From assembly GCF_052425735.1 (NCBI RefSeq), contig NC_135758.1, positions 1-64,000 of the forward strand: a stretch of 64,000 bases of DNA. Direction: 5' to 3'. Shown piece after piece: positions 25,166 through 40,800 of the stretch. The notes under the pieces were generated by a model. The model did not search any database. It was not told where the DNA came from and was given only the letters and a program-made list of their open reading frames with translations. The DNA comes from Oculina patagonica. Taxonomy: Eukaryota. Positions within the stretch are counted from its first letter, which is position 1; every line of letters begins with the position of its first letter. The position numbers and the translations under genes were made by a program.

Positions 25166-28100
25166 ATGGCGGACAAGAATGTACGGCGTAAAGTCGGTGT
25201 TGGTATCGGTGTGTTTATAAGCTCTCCTGATCATCCAAACTGTGTCATAGTTGGACAAAGAAAAGGATCTTCTGGAAGTGGGCAGTATGGGCTCCCAGGG
25301 GGGCACTTGGAGTTTGGGTAAGACATATTCACAATATGTAATGCTGGTTACGCAGGGTTACGTGAAAAACATCAAGTTTTTGCGCGCATTTATTACCTTA
25401 CTACATGAAATTTTCGCGACACGTTAATTTCGCGATTTTGAGGTGCACATATTTCGCAACAATTAAATTTCGCGATTTTGCGAAAATTTTGTATTTTGAA
25501 TCACTTTAATTTCGCGTTTTTGAGTGAGACACAATTTATATTTTCTTGGCAATATACAGTATTTCGTATAGTGTGATCGTCCGGGTGAGAGTAGTTCTGA
25601 GAAGAACTGTTGTTGGTGACTGACGTTTCGACAACCTGAGCGGAAGTCATCTTCAGAGTCAAGTGAAAAGTTGTTGTCAGTCGATGATGTTATAAGTCTG
25701 GTCCGTTGAAGCTGATTGGTCAGTTAAGCCGTGATGTTATTGGCTGTAAGACTCGTGTAAAGTTTGTCATCAGTAATTGGCCGGTTTCGATCCGTCTATT
25801 GTTAGTCTAATTAAGTCGTTCTGTTTCGTCTATTGTTAGTCAAATTAAGTCGTTTTGTTGGCGGTTTGTTTGTCGCTTCTGTTTACGTCGTGAATAAGTC
25901 ATTTGTAAGGTGCCGGTAGTTGTTGACATCTGTTGATAGGCGTCTGTTCTAAGTTTGTGTACCAGCTTTCCAGAGTCAGTCGTTGAAAATAGTTAGTACT
26001 GTAGGTTAAGCATTCAGCAGAGTCCCAGTCGATTTTGATGACTTCCGCTTAGGTTGTCGAAACGTCAGTCACCAACAACAGTTCTTCTCAGAACTACTCT
26101 CACCCGGACGATCACACTATACGAACTACTGATACTCCTGGGTTCAAACCATTTACTGTAATATACAGTATGTTGCCCTATTTCCCGGACACCCTAGCCT
26201 GAGTATCAGGCTTTTCTAAGGGGTAGGGGGGAAAGGAAGGAGCGCGGACGGAAAGAAAAGCCTGACACAGACGCTTTAATTCCAGTTTTCCACCCCTCAC
26301 GGCGTGATAAGCGTCAACCAATCAAATTCATTTCCGGTTGTCACTTGCGAAGCCGGACCAAGATATAACTGATAAGACACAATACATCTTGCAACAATAT
26401 TTATAATGCCGATCCCGGCATCAATAAAATGCAAGTAATCAACGTTTTCACGGAACATATATCTTGTCCTTACACGGCGAAAATTTCGAGAGTTTAAAGC
26501 ATATCTTACAAATAGAATTGAGCAAAAACAAACTAGCAAAACATGTGGCAAAGAAGTGTGAAACAAACAGGAAACCACGCAGCGCAGACTATTATGCAAT
26601 GACCTCTAGACATTTCCTTGGCCACAATCTTATAGCTCTATTCTGTCTATTTAATACATAATGCCTCTAAATAAAACAGTGCCCCTCAGAAAGATGTGAG
26701 AAGCAAATTACATTGAAAAACCGAATTTAACACAGAACGGCAAGGGTACAAATGTCACAAACGTAGGCCCGTCACCTTTATTTTGCTAAAACTCCGAGGA
26801 CGTCGACTTTCCGTTTCACAAGCAGCTTTCGAGGCATAATTTCTGTCCTCTATTACGTCTAATTCCAGGAAAAACTGTAGAGCGCCTTCACGAGCCGTTT
26901 TGAAGTCGTCGCCTTCCATAAATACACTGAAATAACGCTGAATAACGTCGAGCGAAGTTTTCGTTCACTGTTCGTTCGCGTGGACATCGGTTCATAGAAG
27001 ACGCCGTTATGAAATCTTTATTTCCTGCCGGTGGTGTGACGTCAGGGCCCATTGTGAATTACCCAATCAGCGCCACATCCAGAATCTGGATGTTCGACAT
27101 GATCCAATCAAAGTGTTTGTGTCAGGCCTTCCTCTCCTCTTTCCTTCCCTACCCTCCCCCCTCCCCTTAGGAAGGCCTGATACTCAGGTTACGGACACCC
27201 CTATTTCCGGACACTTCGACTTAAAATTTTCGTATATCCTCGTAACAGTAAAATTAAGTTAAACAAAATTATTCATTCCTAAGCTTATTTAAGGAGAAAT
27301 TTTACTTTCTGAGTCTTTAGCGCGAAATATACCCAGCAAAAAGTATTAACAATGATTTGCGAAGGCTCCACGCAAACGTTTTCATAATGACCTCGCGCTG
27401 GAATTGAACAAGCTTTGAGCTTTTTGATGTCATAAATTGGTGTTTCTGATGGCTTTGCGATCAAATTGCACGTGCACGCAAGGTTGTGTTTGGAAACAGT
27501 CATAAGCATTACCAGGATTTCACTCGCTGAGAGAAATCACATCTTTCACATCTGAAAATGTGAAAATTCGAAACATTCCTACGACCTTCCGTTCCGTTCC
27601 TACTATTATTCTTATTCTTATAACTCTCTTCGCAGCACTTTACTTGCTATCAGCAACTCCTAGTAACAAAATATATGGAAAAAAACCTTGATATAACAAA
27701 ACCTCGATATAGTGAACACATTTTGTCAGTCCCTTGGCCCTTCGTTATATCAAGGTTCCACTGTACCTGGATGAGAGAATTCCCTACCCTTTCATATATC
27801 TAAACTTTCATATACCTAAAGCATGAAAGAGGTACCACTTTTGGGTGGAGCCTCCCCATATAGGCCATTATAGGGTGTACCCCCCAGACCTTGAGGAAAA
27901 AGGTATTGTACAAGAGGTATCCACTCCACTGTGGGTGTACATGTGGGTTGACCTTCTTTTTACAAGCATCACGTTTTTTATCCTCCTTGTACAGTGAAGA
28001 GTGGTCTGAATGTGCAATAAGAGAAACTTTGGAGGAAACAGGGCTTAAGATTAAGAATGTCTCATTTGCAACCATTGTCAATGCAGTTGTCCCTAAAGAA

Positions 28101-29300
28101 GATTACCATTATATAACAATATTCATGAAAGGTGACATTGATGTCAGCCACTCAAGAGAGCCAGAAAACACGGAACCAGATAAGTGTAACGGTAAGGAAT
28201 AGCAATAAGGAAAGAAAGATGGAAAAGTTTAATTTTAAATGAAAATTTTTCAAAAGAAACTTAAAAATTTGGTAATGAAATAAAAAAGATATAATGTTCA
28301 TCTTTGGTATTGGTTACCATGAGTCTTAGTGATTAGAGTGTCCATCCAGTGTTTGAGAGGTCATGACATTTTAATGTCAAAAAAAAATCCAATTGGGGAA
28401 TCAGATTTTTCTTTGTCCTGCACTCATGACATGATGAACATTGCACCTTTCTCAAATCCCATTTTGTCTAGCAAAAAACACAACTGCAAGCATTCTTTTT
28501 ACATAATTAATTTTATTAGATGTATCAACTTTAAGCCTCATTTTCAGCTGCCGCTTCTAACTCCTGAGAAAGAAAGCAATCAAAGGGGGGCAGCTGAAAT
28601 TCAGGCTATCAATTGTTATGAAGCGACTGTCTGTGTGGGGTGGCCAAGTTTTGATAGTATACACATGGATCCAAGTTGCGCAGGTGTCAACTTTCTTGCA
28701 TGTTGTCCCTATCTTTGATCACTGAAGGTTGTGAACAGGTTCCCTTGTGGGATTGGGGCAAGAGCAGAGCTCAACACAAAAATTGGCAGGTGGAGTGAGC
28801 CAAGGGTGGCCCAAGGGTGTAGCAAGATGTCTCTCCAAAGACCATGCTTGGCTCCCTCTGCCTGGCCTGGTCACACTCTGCTTGCTCCGCTTGCTGATAG
28901 TTTCTTTGTTTTTACCCTACATTCCACTCAGGAGTTTGTTTGTAGTTTTGACGCTGATTCTTTTTTGATGCTCACAGTTGAACAATTGGTTTACAAAGCC
29001 TCTTTTTAAAAGTCATTCTTGTTAAGCAGCCTCCTAAATGGATAGAAATTATTCCTGTCCATTAGGGAGGCAAAAAGAAATACAAGGCAAAAGAAATACA
29101 ACAAAGTAGGCAGGCTCACAATAACGTTTATTGTTCTGTTGTTTTCAATAGGTTGGGAGTGGTATGACTGGAACTCTGACACATTTCCAACTCCACTTTT
29201 TGAACCTCTCAGAATAGCAAGACTGCAGGGTTTCCAACCATTTGACTGTAATGCACACGGACACAGCAACTCTACACTGTTCAGCATTTGTCCTCAGTAG
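25166..29300 (+). CDS. NUDT15: Nudix hydrolase 15 (MTH2-like nucleotide triphosphate diphosphatase), 3 exons
   Basis: Exons 25166-25317 (VGVGIGVF...[20 protein letters not shown]), 27995-28191 ([17 protein letters not shown]...[10 protein letters not shown]), 29152-29300 (WEWYDW...LFEPL...*). Intact Nudix box. Confidence 0.93.
25562..26159 (-). mobile_element. Penelope-like retroelement remnant with inverted pseudo-LTR
   Basis: 25900-26035 (-) encodes the C-terminus of a GIY-YIG-type ORF ([26 protein letters not shown]); 25565-25650 is inverted at 26038-26124; 11-bp TSD aatatacagta. Confidence 0.85.
25610..25665 (-). ncRNA. Minimal type I hammerhead ribozyme core in the Penelope pLTR
   Basis: Minus strand reads CTGAAGA-tgacttccgctcaggttgtc-GAAAC-gtca-GTC. 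Confidence 0.65.
26195..27191. mobile_element. Non-autonomous DNA transposon with 9-bp TSD (Academ-like), nested in NUDT15 intron 1
   Basis: TIRs tagcctgagtatcaggc / gcctgatactcaggtta; TSD cggacaccc at 26186-26194 and 27192-27200. Confidence 0.8.
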
Positions 29301-30074
29301 AACCAGACAATGTGTTGACAAAACAAGAAAAGCGAACACTGTTTTTCTCATCTCCTTGATTACGAATCATATAAAAATTCTGCAGATGAATGAATGATAT
29401 AGGTGCTTTTATAGCGCATTTACAAAGCTCAATGCGCTTCACAATTAGAATTTTGGGATGAGATCGGACATCAGATCGGACATCACAATAGTTATGAGTA
29501 TCAGCTACAGATAATGCTTTTAAAAAAAACTTGCTACTACACCATGTAGGATTTGTTTTGTGTTAACATGGTACATTTGTTGCCAAGAAGGCAAATTTGG
29601 TGACCATGAACATTTTGCAAAAAAAAAAAAATAGTTATAACATTAATCGATGTTTCGACGTATCAAACATCATTTTCAAGATGAAAAAGTTTGAAAAAAA
29701 AACTTGAACACTAACAAACTTTTTAATCTTGAAAATGATGTTTGATACATCGAAACGTCAATTCACATTATTACTAACTTTTCTTGTAAAGTGCACAAGC
29801 AACTCATCATCCGATCAACATTTTGATCATCTACCGGTAATACACATTCTGAAAAGAATGCTATTTAAGCCTGTCACTGTAAATATTGCTGTTTTCAAAA
29901 AATCTTTTTATAAGCATTGTTTAAATAACAAGAATAGTTAGGTTTAATGTTATAAAAATTAGATTTTCCTAGCCATAATAGGATATCAGTCCTGAATAAA
30001 AAGGCAGCATCCTCTGTGATGAACACTATACTGAGCTGGGATAAGCTTGGTTTTGTTGTCATTTTTTATTTTTA

Positions 30075-32528
<2,454 letters not shown>

Positions 32529-32633
32529 TGCGGAGGGAAGCTTTCATCATCAAATGTCGAAATACGTCAGGCATTCCACGAAACTGGCAGCGGGGACCTG
32601 GATTCTATATTAGTACGCGGCCATTTTGAAAGA
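32529..32633. promoter_or_regulatory. Bidirectional promoter FXN/ANAPC11 with YY1-like motif
   Basis: Divergent ATGs separated by 105 bp; gcggccatttt at ~32617-32627. Confidence 0.7.
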
Positions 32634-34375
32634 ATGAAAGTCAAAGTCAAACGTAAGTTATATTTGTTGCAATATTCTCACGTTATTAAGCTGTATATCT
32701 TCTTAATTACCGAATAACTGTTGCGAAAAAATGAACTAACTTCTAATGTATTTTTTTTTCATGATCGCCGCACCGTTGCTGTTCAATCAAATAATTCTTT
32801 TTGCCTCTAGAGTGAGTACAAAACGTTGATGAAATCTGATCGAACTCTTCTTTGGACTCATTAGTACTTAAAATAATTTTGTAAAATTTGTACCACATGA
32901 TCCCATGTGTTTATATTTTTTTATTACGTACCTACACTGAGCATCCTTGACGTGGACGCTGCAGGGCCATTCATGGTCAATTTATGAACATACCCCACCC
33001 CAAAATATTTGCTGAGGGGGGATCTCACATTTAAACCGTAGTTCCCCACAGTGACGTGAATTTACATGTGGATTTTTCAGGTGGATTGGTGTAGCCACAT
33101 GGCGATGGGTGGCTAATGATGACAACTGTGGCATTTGTCGCATGGCATTTGATGGTTGCTGCCCTGATTGTAAAACACCAGGAGACGACTGTCCTTTAGG
33201 TAAAAATAGTCATGGTTGACGGGGTCAAGGCATTTCTGACAAACTATACCTTGCTGGTGCACGTTTCTGCGTCTATTCTATTTAGAACAGTCTCGGGCTT
33301 GATTTCCTCAAATGTAACTAGTATTACCAAGGGGGGGGGGGGGACTCGCATATAAAAGGGACGGGGATGCTCATCGGAAATTTTGAAAAAAAAAAAAACT
33401 AAAAGAGACCAATCTGGGTGTGGCTCAAGCTTTTCTTGACCCCTAAAAGATACCAAAAAAACTAAGTGTGGAATTTATATTTGTATATTTTTTCGTGTGC
33501 AGCCCTAAACGAGACCATTGTGGCTAAAAATTTTGGCGTTTTGCCCGGAACACCCTAAGCGAGACCAAAAATCTGAAATTTACACCCCTAAGCGAGACGA
33601 CAAGCATCCCCGTCACTGTCATATGCGAGTTCCCCCCCCCCCTCCCTGGGTAGTACCGTATTTATTCGATTTACCGCCCTGGGCGCTTATTAAATTTTTG
33701 GACCTTGAGGGTGGGCGCTTATTCGAGGTGGGCGCTTATTCGAGGCTGGGCGCTTATTAAATTTTCACCATTTTAAGCAAGTAGCACGTTTATTTTGCAA
33801 GAAAACAACAATTATAATAACTAAATGTGAAGGTGTACGAAAGCTGAAATTTTTCGGGATAGTCATTTAATAGTCAATTTTAATCTCAACTTCAACAATA
33901 ATCATCCTTTCTTTTGTGCCCTCAATTTAGAGGGGTGGGGGTGGGCGGTTATTCGAGGCTGGGCGCTTATTAACCCTAACCTAACCCTAACCCTAACCCT
34001 AACCCTAACCCTATTTGAGAACCATCCAGAGGTGCTCAAAAGGAGGTGTGTGTGTGTGTGTGTGGGGGGGGGGGTGCTGAAGAGAATTTGGGCTATTTCC
34101 TTGCTCAAAAAGCATAAGAGGTGGGGGGGGGGCATCAGACCTCAACCTTCTGTGTACCAAAAAACTTCAGGCATGGAGATTCATTAAACAAGACAGTAGA
34201 GACTGAAATAATGTAGGACATTTAACCACGAATTGACAAAATGTGGTCTTCTCTTTCAGTTTGGGGTCGTTGTTCTCATGTGTTCCACATGCACTGTATT
34301 CTCAAGTGGCTCAATTCTCAACTTCACCAACAGCTGTGTCCCATGTGCAGACAAGAATGGCAGTTTAAAGAATAA
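32634..34375 (+). CDS. ANAPC11: Anaphase-promoting complex subunit 11 (RING-H2), 3 exons
   Basis: Exons 32634-32652 (MKVKVK), 33081-33199 ([39 protein letters not shown]), 34260-34375 ([18 protein letters not shown]...[12 protein letters not shown]). Confidence 0.97.
33328..33650. mobile_element. MITE with poly-G / poly-C termini
   Basis: ggggggactcgcatat...acggggatgc / gcatccccgt...atatgcgagttccccccc inverted ends. Confidence 0.75.
33654..33970. mobile_element. Truncated mariner-type MITE (gggcgcttatt repeats)
   Basis: ta-ccgtatttattcgatttaccgccc start; related to 12192-12536; right end absent. Confidence 0.6.
33971..34012 (-). repeat. Interstitial telomeric repeat (TTAGGG)n, ~7 units
   Basis: taaccctaacctaaccctaaccctaaccctaaccctaaccct. 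Confidence 0.9.
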
Positions 34376-34778
34376 AATCTCATAAAAAAGCTATATTGTC
34401 ACACTTCCAGGCTGGACCTTTGTATCTTTCTTCTAGAACTTTATCACTACATGAACAAAGAGGAAAATCAGGAACTGACACTTTGTATATAGTACATTCA
34501 TGTAAGCAAGATCATTTTGTACAGTAGCAAGTCAAAATAAAATGTGGTGTAAATAAGTCAAATAAATATCAAAGTTCTTGACTTGTGCTATTAGATACCA
34601 CAACATGTAAGTTGCGGTGAATGGAAAATGCTGACTTGTTTACTAACCTGTCATAAACACGAGAGGAATGAGTTGTGAGAACTTAAAAGTTTGTGTGAGG
34701 GACTATCAACTGTTTCCAGACTCACTAAGTGTTAGCATCAGAACATGAAAACAAACATCAGGTTTAAAGGTATAACTT

Positions 34779-35840
34779 CAGTGTTCTCCCTAGATACTTT
34801 AGGCCAGACGGGTCGCCTAGCTTGATTCACAGGAAAATCGTTGCCGCCTGGCTTAAAATTGAAGATAAAAAAAACGTTACCTTAAGTTGAAATCTGGAAC
34901 TGGGAATTCCTATCCATAAACAACAAAGAAGTCGATGAAACTTTTAATACATTGATTAATTACCCTTGCATCAATATATGTTCAATCCTGTGATCAGGGT
35001 CTGGAAGGGTATTTTCGGGATCCGGGATTTGACTAAAATACAGTGCGGGATTCGGGAAAACGCAAGATATCTTGACGGGATTCGGGATTTGACTGCTCTC
35101 CGGGAAGTGGGATTAACTGAAATTTAGACACGGGATGCGGGATTTTTAACCTTTCTGTCGGGAAATCGGGAAGTCGTCACGACACAAATGGTCGTTCAAG
35201 CAGCGAACGCGAATCAAGCGGGCGTGGTGTCTCGCTTCAGATAAGACGCGGTCGACACTGTAAACTTCTTTAGTGCTCTTTCATCATACTGATGTATGAA
35301 AAGCTATTTTCGTTTTTTTTACACGCGTAAGTTCAAAATATCAGTCGAAAGCGCCAATCTACATCTTACTTTTTTTTTTATTGGGGGGGGGGGGAGAGGG
35401 GCTAAGAGAAAAAACGGGATTTGGGATAGCCATTTTAAAAAATGCGGGATGCGGGATTTTCTTAAAAAAGGAGCGGGAATGCGGGATCAGGACCCCCCTT
35501 CCAGACCCTGTGTGATGCATTCGTTTTGTTGGTCGGCAGCTATACCAATTAATCAAAATGTCATAGGAACACAACGGCACTTCAAGGTGTCGTACAAGTA
35601 CGTGGGATACTAAACGAAATTCCCGCGTTCGTGGAAAGAATGGTGAACTCAGTCGACTTGGGTTGCTCGGAACAGAAACAAAAAGCTTCTCAAAGCCTGA
35701 CGCAAAGTAAATAAGTTCATTTCTTACTCTGGAAATGAGACAGAAAACGTGTGGAACAAGTTCCACAGATCAGGTTTTGACATTTTAAAATCACAGTCAG
35801 AATACCCCCTGGCCTTCACAAAATCCTAGGGAGAACACTG
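34779..35840. mobile_element. Non-autonomous hAT-like element with 5-bp TSD
   Basis: TIRs cagtgttctccctag / ctagggagaacactg; TSD aactt at 34774-34778 and 35841-35845. Confidence 0.75.
34995..35510. mobile_element. Nested non-autonomous hAT-like element with 6-bp TSD
   Basis: TIRs cagggtctggaaggg / cccttccagaccctg; TSD tgtgat at 34989-34994 and 35511-35516; subterminal cgggat repeats. Confidence 0.8.
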
Positions 35841-36518
35841 AACTTGTCAAGCCTGTTTACATACAGTGGCTGGTAATCGAACCTATGTTTACATAATTTG
35901 CATTGTACAAAACATCTACTGTGGCCAAATTAGAGATCATGTGGATATGATAAAAATTTACGCAGCGACTCACCTCCAATGTCAAGCCATTGTGGTCGCT
36001 TACAGGTAGAGATCGCACCGTGGGGGAGTCATTTTTCGAAACAGAAGCTGGTTAATCAAGCCTAATGCAAGCAGTAAACCCCAAAATGCTTTGTTCACCA
36101 TTCAGAGGTTCTGTACTGTTACCATGTACCAACATGCACTCTAGCGTGCAAACAGGCTACCTTGGAGGGGGGTATGGAGCAAAAATTTCCGAGTGGAGCA
36201 AGCCAAGAGTGGTCATAGAAGATGCTCGGCTTCAATATTTTTTCTCAGCTTCCTCCCAATGCTGATCCCACCTCCTCCACCATTCCTTGTAAGGGAGCCT
36301 GTTCACGGGCTGGTCACTCATGAATGAACTTTCATGTGTGTAGGTGGAACTCTCATGTGTGACCATTCAAGTCAAAGCTACTGAGCATAACTATTGTTTT
36401 CTAACATTTTAATATTCAAACCCATGAAGGTGAAACTGCCCTTTTCAATAACTGAAGTGTGTGGAAGAGAGGAATGATTGGACCTTTTCAGTTTGCTCAT
36501 ACTTTGCACTCTAACAGC

Positions 36519-37467
36519 CAGGGCCATAACCAGACCTTTGCCATAGACGAGGCAAGATCTTGCTAGATGGTTCTGGGGCATTCCTTTCAGAAAATTTAAA
36601 AATCCAAAAGCTCTGAAACTTTCAGAGTCATTTTTCATAATGTTTTCTTTATAGATTCAAAGAGGTCTATGACCTACTCGTGAATGTGTTAGATATATTT
36701 GAATCGTTCCTTTGAACAGTATAGTATCGATGGAAAATATTCATTATAGGGATTAATAATAATAATCAACTAATTATTTAAAAGAGGGTGAACATATAAC
36801 AGGTCGCTTAGGTATAACAATTACTTTTTTTGTCATTTTAATTGCTTAGCAAACCGATGGCTCAGTGGTACAGCTCTGTGTTCTAAAGCCTGTGACCCGG
36901 GATCGAGTCTCATACCCTGTGGCTAAAATTCTTCTTTTCTTCTTATTTTTTTTCCACGGATGTTATATACATATCTGTCTTGTATAGAGTTTCGTTACTC
37001 CTTTACTGATTATCCTTTAATAAATCGTGCCGTGCTCTAACCTTCCCAGTCTTTTTATAACACATACATAAAGTCACTGGTTATCGTTTCCGAATGTTCG
37101 CGGTTGTTATATAAGAAAAGGCAATATTTCATCGTTTGGGACACGATTGTTTCTCATTTACAGGGGAAAAGTATTTTCTACACTTATTTCTTTGAAATGA
37201 TACCTTTGTAAAGCTGTATTTTTATTCACAGCCAAGGGAAACGAAATTTAGAAGGCGCCGTGAGCATACCTAATTAGCATAATGTTAACAACTATGGAAA
37301 GATGGCTCAACTTCCCCACTATACTCGTTCATTATGCATTCACGAGTAAAAATCAATCTTGTTCATCTGGGGATTATTTTCCCAACAAAAGGTATTTTGT
37401 TTTCAATTTTGCATAAAAATCTAGACAGGCAAGTGCCTCGTCTTGCCTCTTGCTAGTTATAGCCCTG
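36519..37467. mobile_element. Non-autonomous hAT element with 8-bp TSD, containing a tRNA-like fragment
   Basis: cagggccataac / gttatagccctg; TSD ctaacagc at 36511-36518 and 37468-37475; A/B-box-like segment at ~36855-36912. Confidence 0.8.
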
Positions 37468-37803
37468 CTAACAGCTCAAAAAGAGGTTGCTTGTAGTGGT
37501 TTCAATCGCGTTTAAAATAAAAGTCACAAACTCATTGTAAATTATCCGTGTTTATTTCAAAGATTACAATCTGTAAAATGCTTGCTGTGGCTACCTAAGA
37601 AAACATTAAATTATTGCAAAACACATTTACATGCCTGTTGTAAGGGGGCCTGTACACATCATTTACATCCTAAAAGGTTTTGAAATAACATTACTCTTGG
37701 GAACACAATTCACACTAGTTTAGGAGGAACAGACCAGCACCGTATCAATATTACACTGCAAACTATCCTGTTTGAGCGCATCACATTAAGCTGTTATTGC
37801 CAT

Positions 37804-40800
37804 TCAATTTGTTCCAGACCAGAAAGGCGATCCTTGGTAGCCACCTTGATGACCTTTATTTTGTCCCTGTTTAGGCCCCTGTACTTGAGACCCTCTCTGG
37901 GATGTTCCAGGCTGGCCTGCTTCCATATGATGGGCCATGTGGTGATGGTAGTGGGACGGCGGGTGGTGTTGCTGGACAGGGGTCATCATCGACATGAAGG
38001 GGTGTCCTGTATGAGGATAGCTGCTCAATGGACCATGTTGTCCAGTCATGGAAAGACTTAACGCCGGTGGTGGAGGTGTACCACCAATGAATGGTTTGTT
38101 TTCATTGAACTACGTAAAGGATCAACAAAAAAGAAAAATTTATATAACAGTAATTCACCAACAGAATCAAAGTGCACTATTTGTAATAAGACTACATAAC
38201 TTCTATATCCCTGCAGTCCAGGGAGAGCTTAAAGTATCAGTAACTTACCTTTCCAACTTGAGGCTTATAAGAAGCTCCAGACAGATCTGAAGCACTGCTT
38301 ACAACTGCACCTGTAGACAGATAAAAGAAAATCTTTATAAGCATTAACATGATCAATGGAAGGGACATGGTGGAGGTTTTAGTACAACTATCATAGTCTG
38401 ATAGATAGATATAACTTTATTAATTTATACAAGATCGTAGTTAAGGCTGAAAGCTTATGGGGTTGTGTGATCATTTGAAGCAAGATGTTACAAACCTGCA
38501 TTAGACTTGCTTTGTGATGGGGAAACTGACGTATGGTAACCAGACTTTCCAAAGTCATGACTCTGACCTAAATCGTCGTATCCTGTTAGAAAAGGGAAAA
38601 AATACAACTTTGCTAAGAACTAAAAACAAAATAAAACATTATTGTGCAATCATGTCTGTGTTTTATCATGAACTTGGTCATGTTGTTCAGTGTGAATGTT
38701 TTAACCCAGTGGTATTTGTTTTGATAATCAAGGTTGCCCAACAACTTAAATAAATCTTGAGACCAGGAATTATCCAATTGACTATTATACTTCATATTAC
38801 AAACATACCTGATGCAAAATTATGAGTTCCATGTTGACCTGAGGTGTAAGCTGATTGGTATTGAGAAGCATTCCCATGTGTTTTGGTTGGCATCTAAAAT
38901 AATGAACCAATAATGAGAAATGGAAAATAAAAAAGCAACTAAATAACAGCTCCCTGTTGTTGAGACGATGTAAGTAGTAGTCTACCTGATACATGGGCGT
39001 GGTGTAAGCAGGGAAGCCCCCAGCCATCATACCAGCTCCAGGGTAAAATGCTAGTCCACCGTAACCATAAGGGTGTGGCATTGTCGTAGCATTAATGTAG
39101 GCTTGCTGTTGCAGATGTGCCTGTGGAAGTGTCACAGTCTGGTTTAAAGATGTTGGAACTGGAGATGATGCATCGGTGCGTCCAAACTTCTGATCACCTA
39201 TCAAACACAATAAAACCACAAATTATTTGAATTGTAAGAGAGAAAATCATTGTTCGGTTATCACGTTTGTGGGACAGGTTTGCTTTGGTCTTAAGAGTGT
39301 CTCCATCTACAGGTCAGAGTGACTTGCTTTATGAAACTTATTCAAATAACCATGTAACAATAACAATTCTCTATATGCACTTAATATATCACAGGCCATG
39401 TATGCTTACCATGAAATGTTGTAGACAGGCCTTCTCTTCCAGCTGCCTGGAAAGCAGGCATGTCATAGTAAGGAGACTGCAAGGAAAAAATGGATAATCA
39501 TCAGCAAACAGATATCACTGACTGGGTTGCAATCCTCAGTCATATGCAGGACATTAGGTTATGATGAGAGATGCTTCTTGATATCTAAAACATTCCCAGG
39601 AAACCACTCTTTGACCCCATCTGTGTCACTAATAGGTGGGGGGGGGGGGGGTTCTTTTTCAGTGAGCATCAAATCCTTTTCTCATTTCTGGCATGAATAA
39701 GGTGGGTAAGGCAAAGTCTGTGTTTGGCCCATCAGGCCGCAGCTTATCCTGGTTTCAGTAGCATGAAGGGACTGGGAATATTTCTACTCCCACCTCTATG
39801 GGATGCTAGTCCATCAAAAGGTTACCCCCAGCATTAAATTCGCCGGTACCCATTTATACACCTGGGTAGAGAGAGGCACTGTGAGAGTAAAGTGTCTTGC
39901 CCAACAACACAACACAATGACCCCGGCCAGTGCTCAAACCCATATTATTCCACCTGAGAGTCCAGCCTACTAACATTCGCCTTCCATACCTCCCTCTGAC
40001 ATGAATGAACGGCATGAATTCAGAACTTAATTGTAGAAAAGAAAATGACAATACCATTGGTAACCTCTGAAGATCTTCATAGCCATATGGCAGGGGCTGC
40101 AAGGGAAATAAAGAATGCAATACATTTAAATTTACACACAGGACAAAATAATCAAAAGTGGAAAACTTGAAAAGCAATAACCAAGTACTAATGAAATTAC
40201 TTACATAAGCATGAATAAGGCCTTGCTGCATGCCATAAAGAGTGTTCAGTGGCAATACTCCTGGAGGTAATGACGGTTTGGCTGAAAATTAAGAAAACAA
40301 GACACGCCAAACTTTAGCTGGGGAACAAAAATCGACTTACTGAACTGAATTATCATGATGCCCAGAAGAAGAAGAAAGGTACACATTCAAAAGTAATTAC
40401 AAGTGTTTTTAGGAAACAATGTATCTTTATGTCATGTAAACTTACTAGTGTGCGACACTGGTTTGCCTGTGCCTGACATGGTGACTGAAGTGAAGCCAGA
40501 TGATGTAGAGCTAGTAGCCTGATTCATTGTGAGAGGCACAGACACCCCAGGTGGAGGCTGAAGTGGTTCAACAGAGGACAGGTCATTCCTGGGAACACTG
40601 GTGGACACGACAGAGCTGCTTAGTGAACTGGTACCAAGCTTATCTTTTGTTGATGGCACTGTTGGCTGGGTCACATGATGTTTCTGTAAGTTTAAACATT
40701 GCATAGAGTGTAATTGAATCTCTTTAATAGTGACTGCATGATGGAGGTGCTGTATTACAGAGGTAGAGATTGTATGACCAGTTGAACTGTCCAATATAGG

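Noticed and set aside
33971-34012. Telomerase RNA template
   Set aside because: A template is ~1.5 repeats within a structured RNA; this is a ~7-unit DNA array.
36855-36915. tRNA gene
   Set aside because: A- and B-box-like motifs only; no acceptor stem or cloverleaf; lies inside a transposon.
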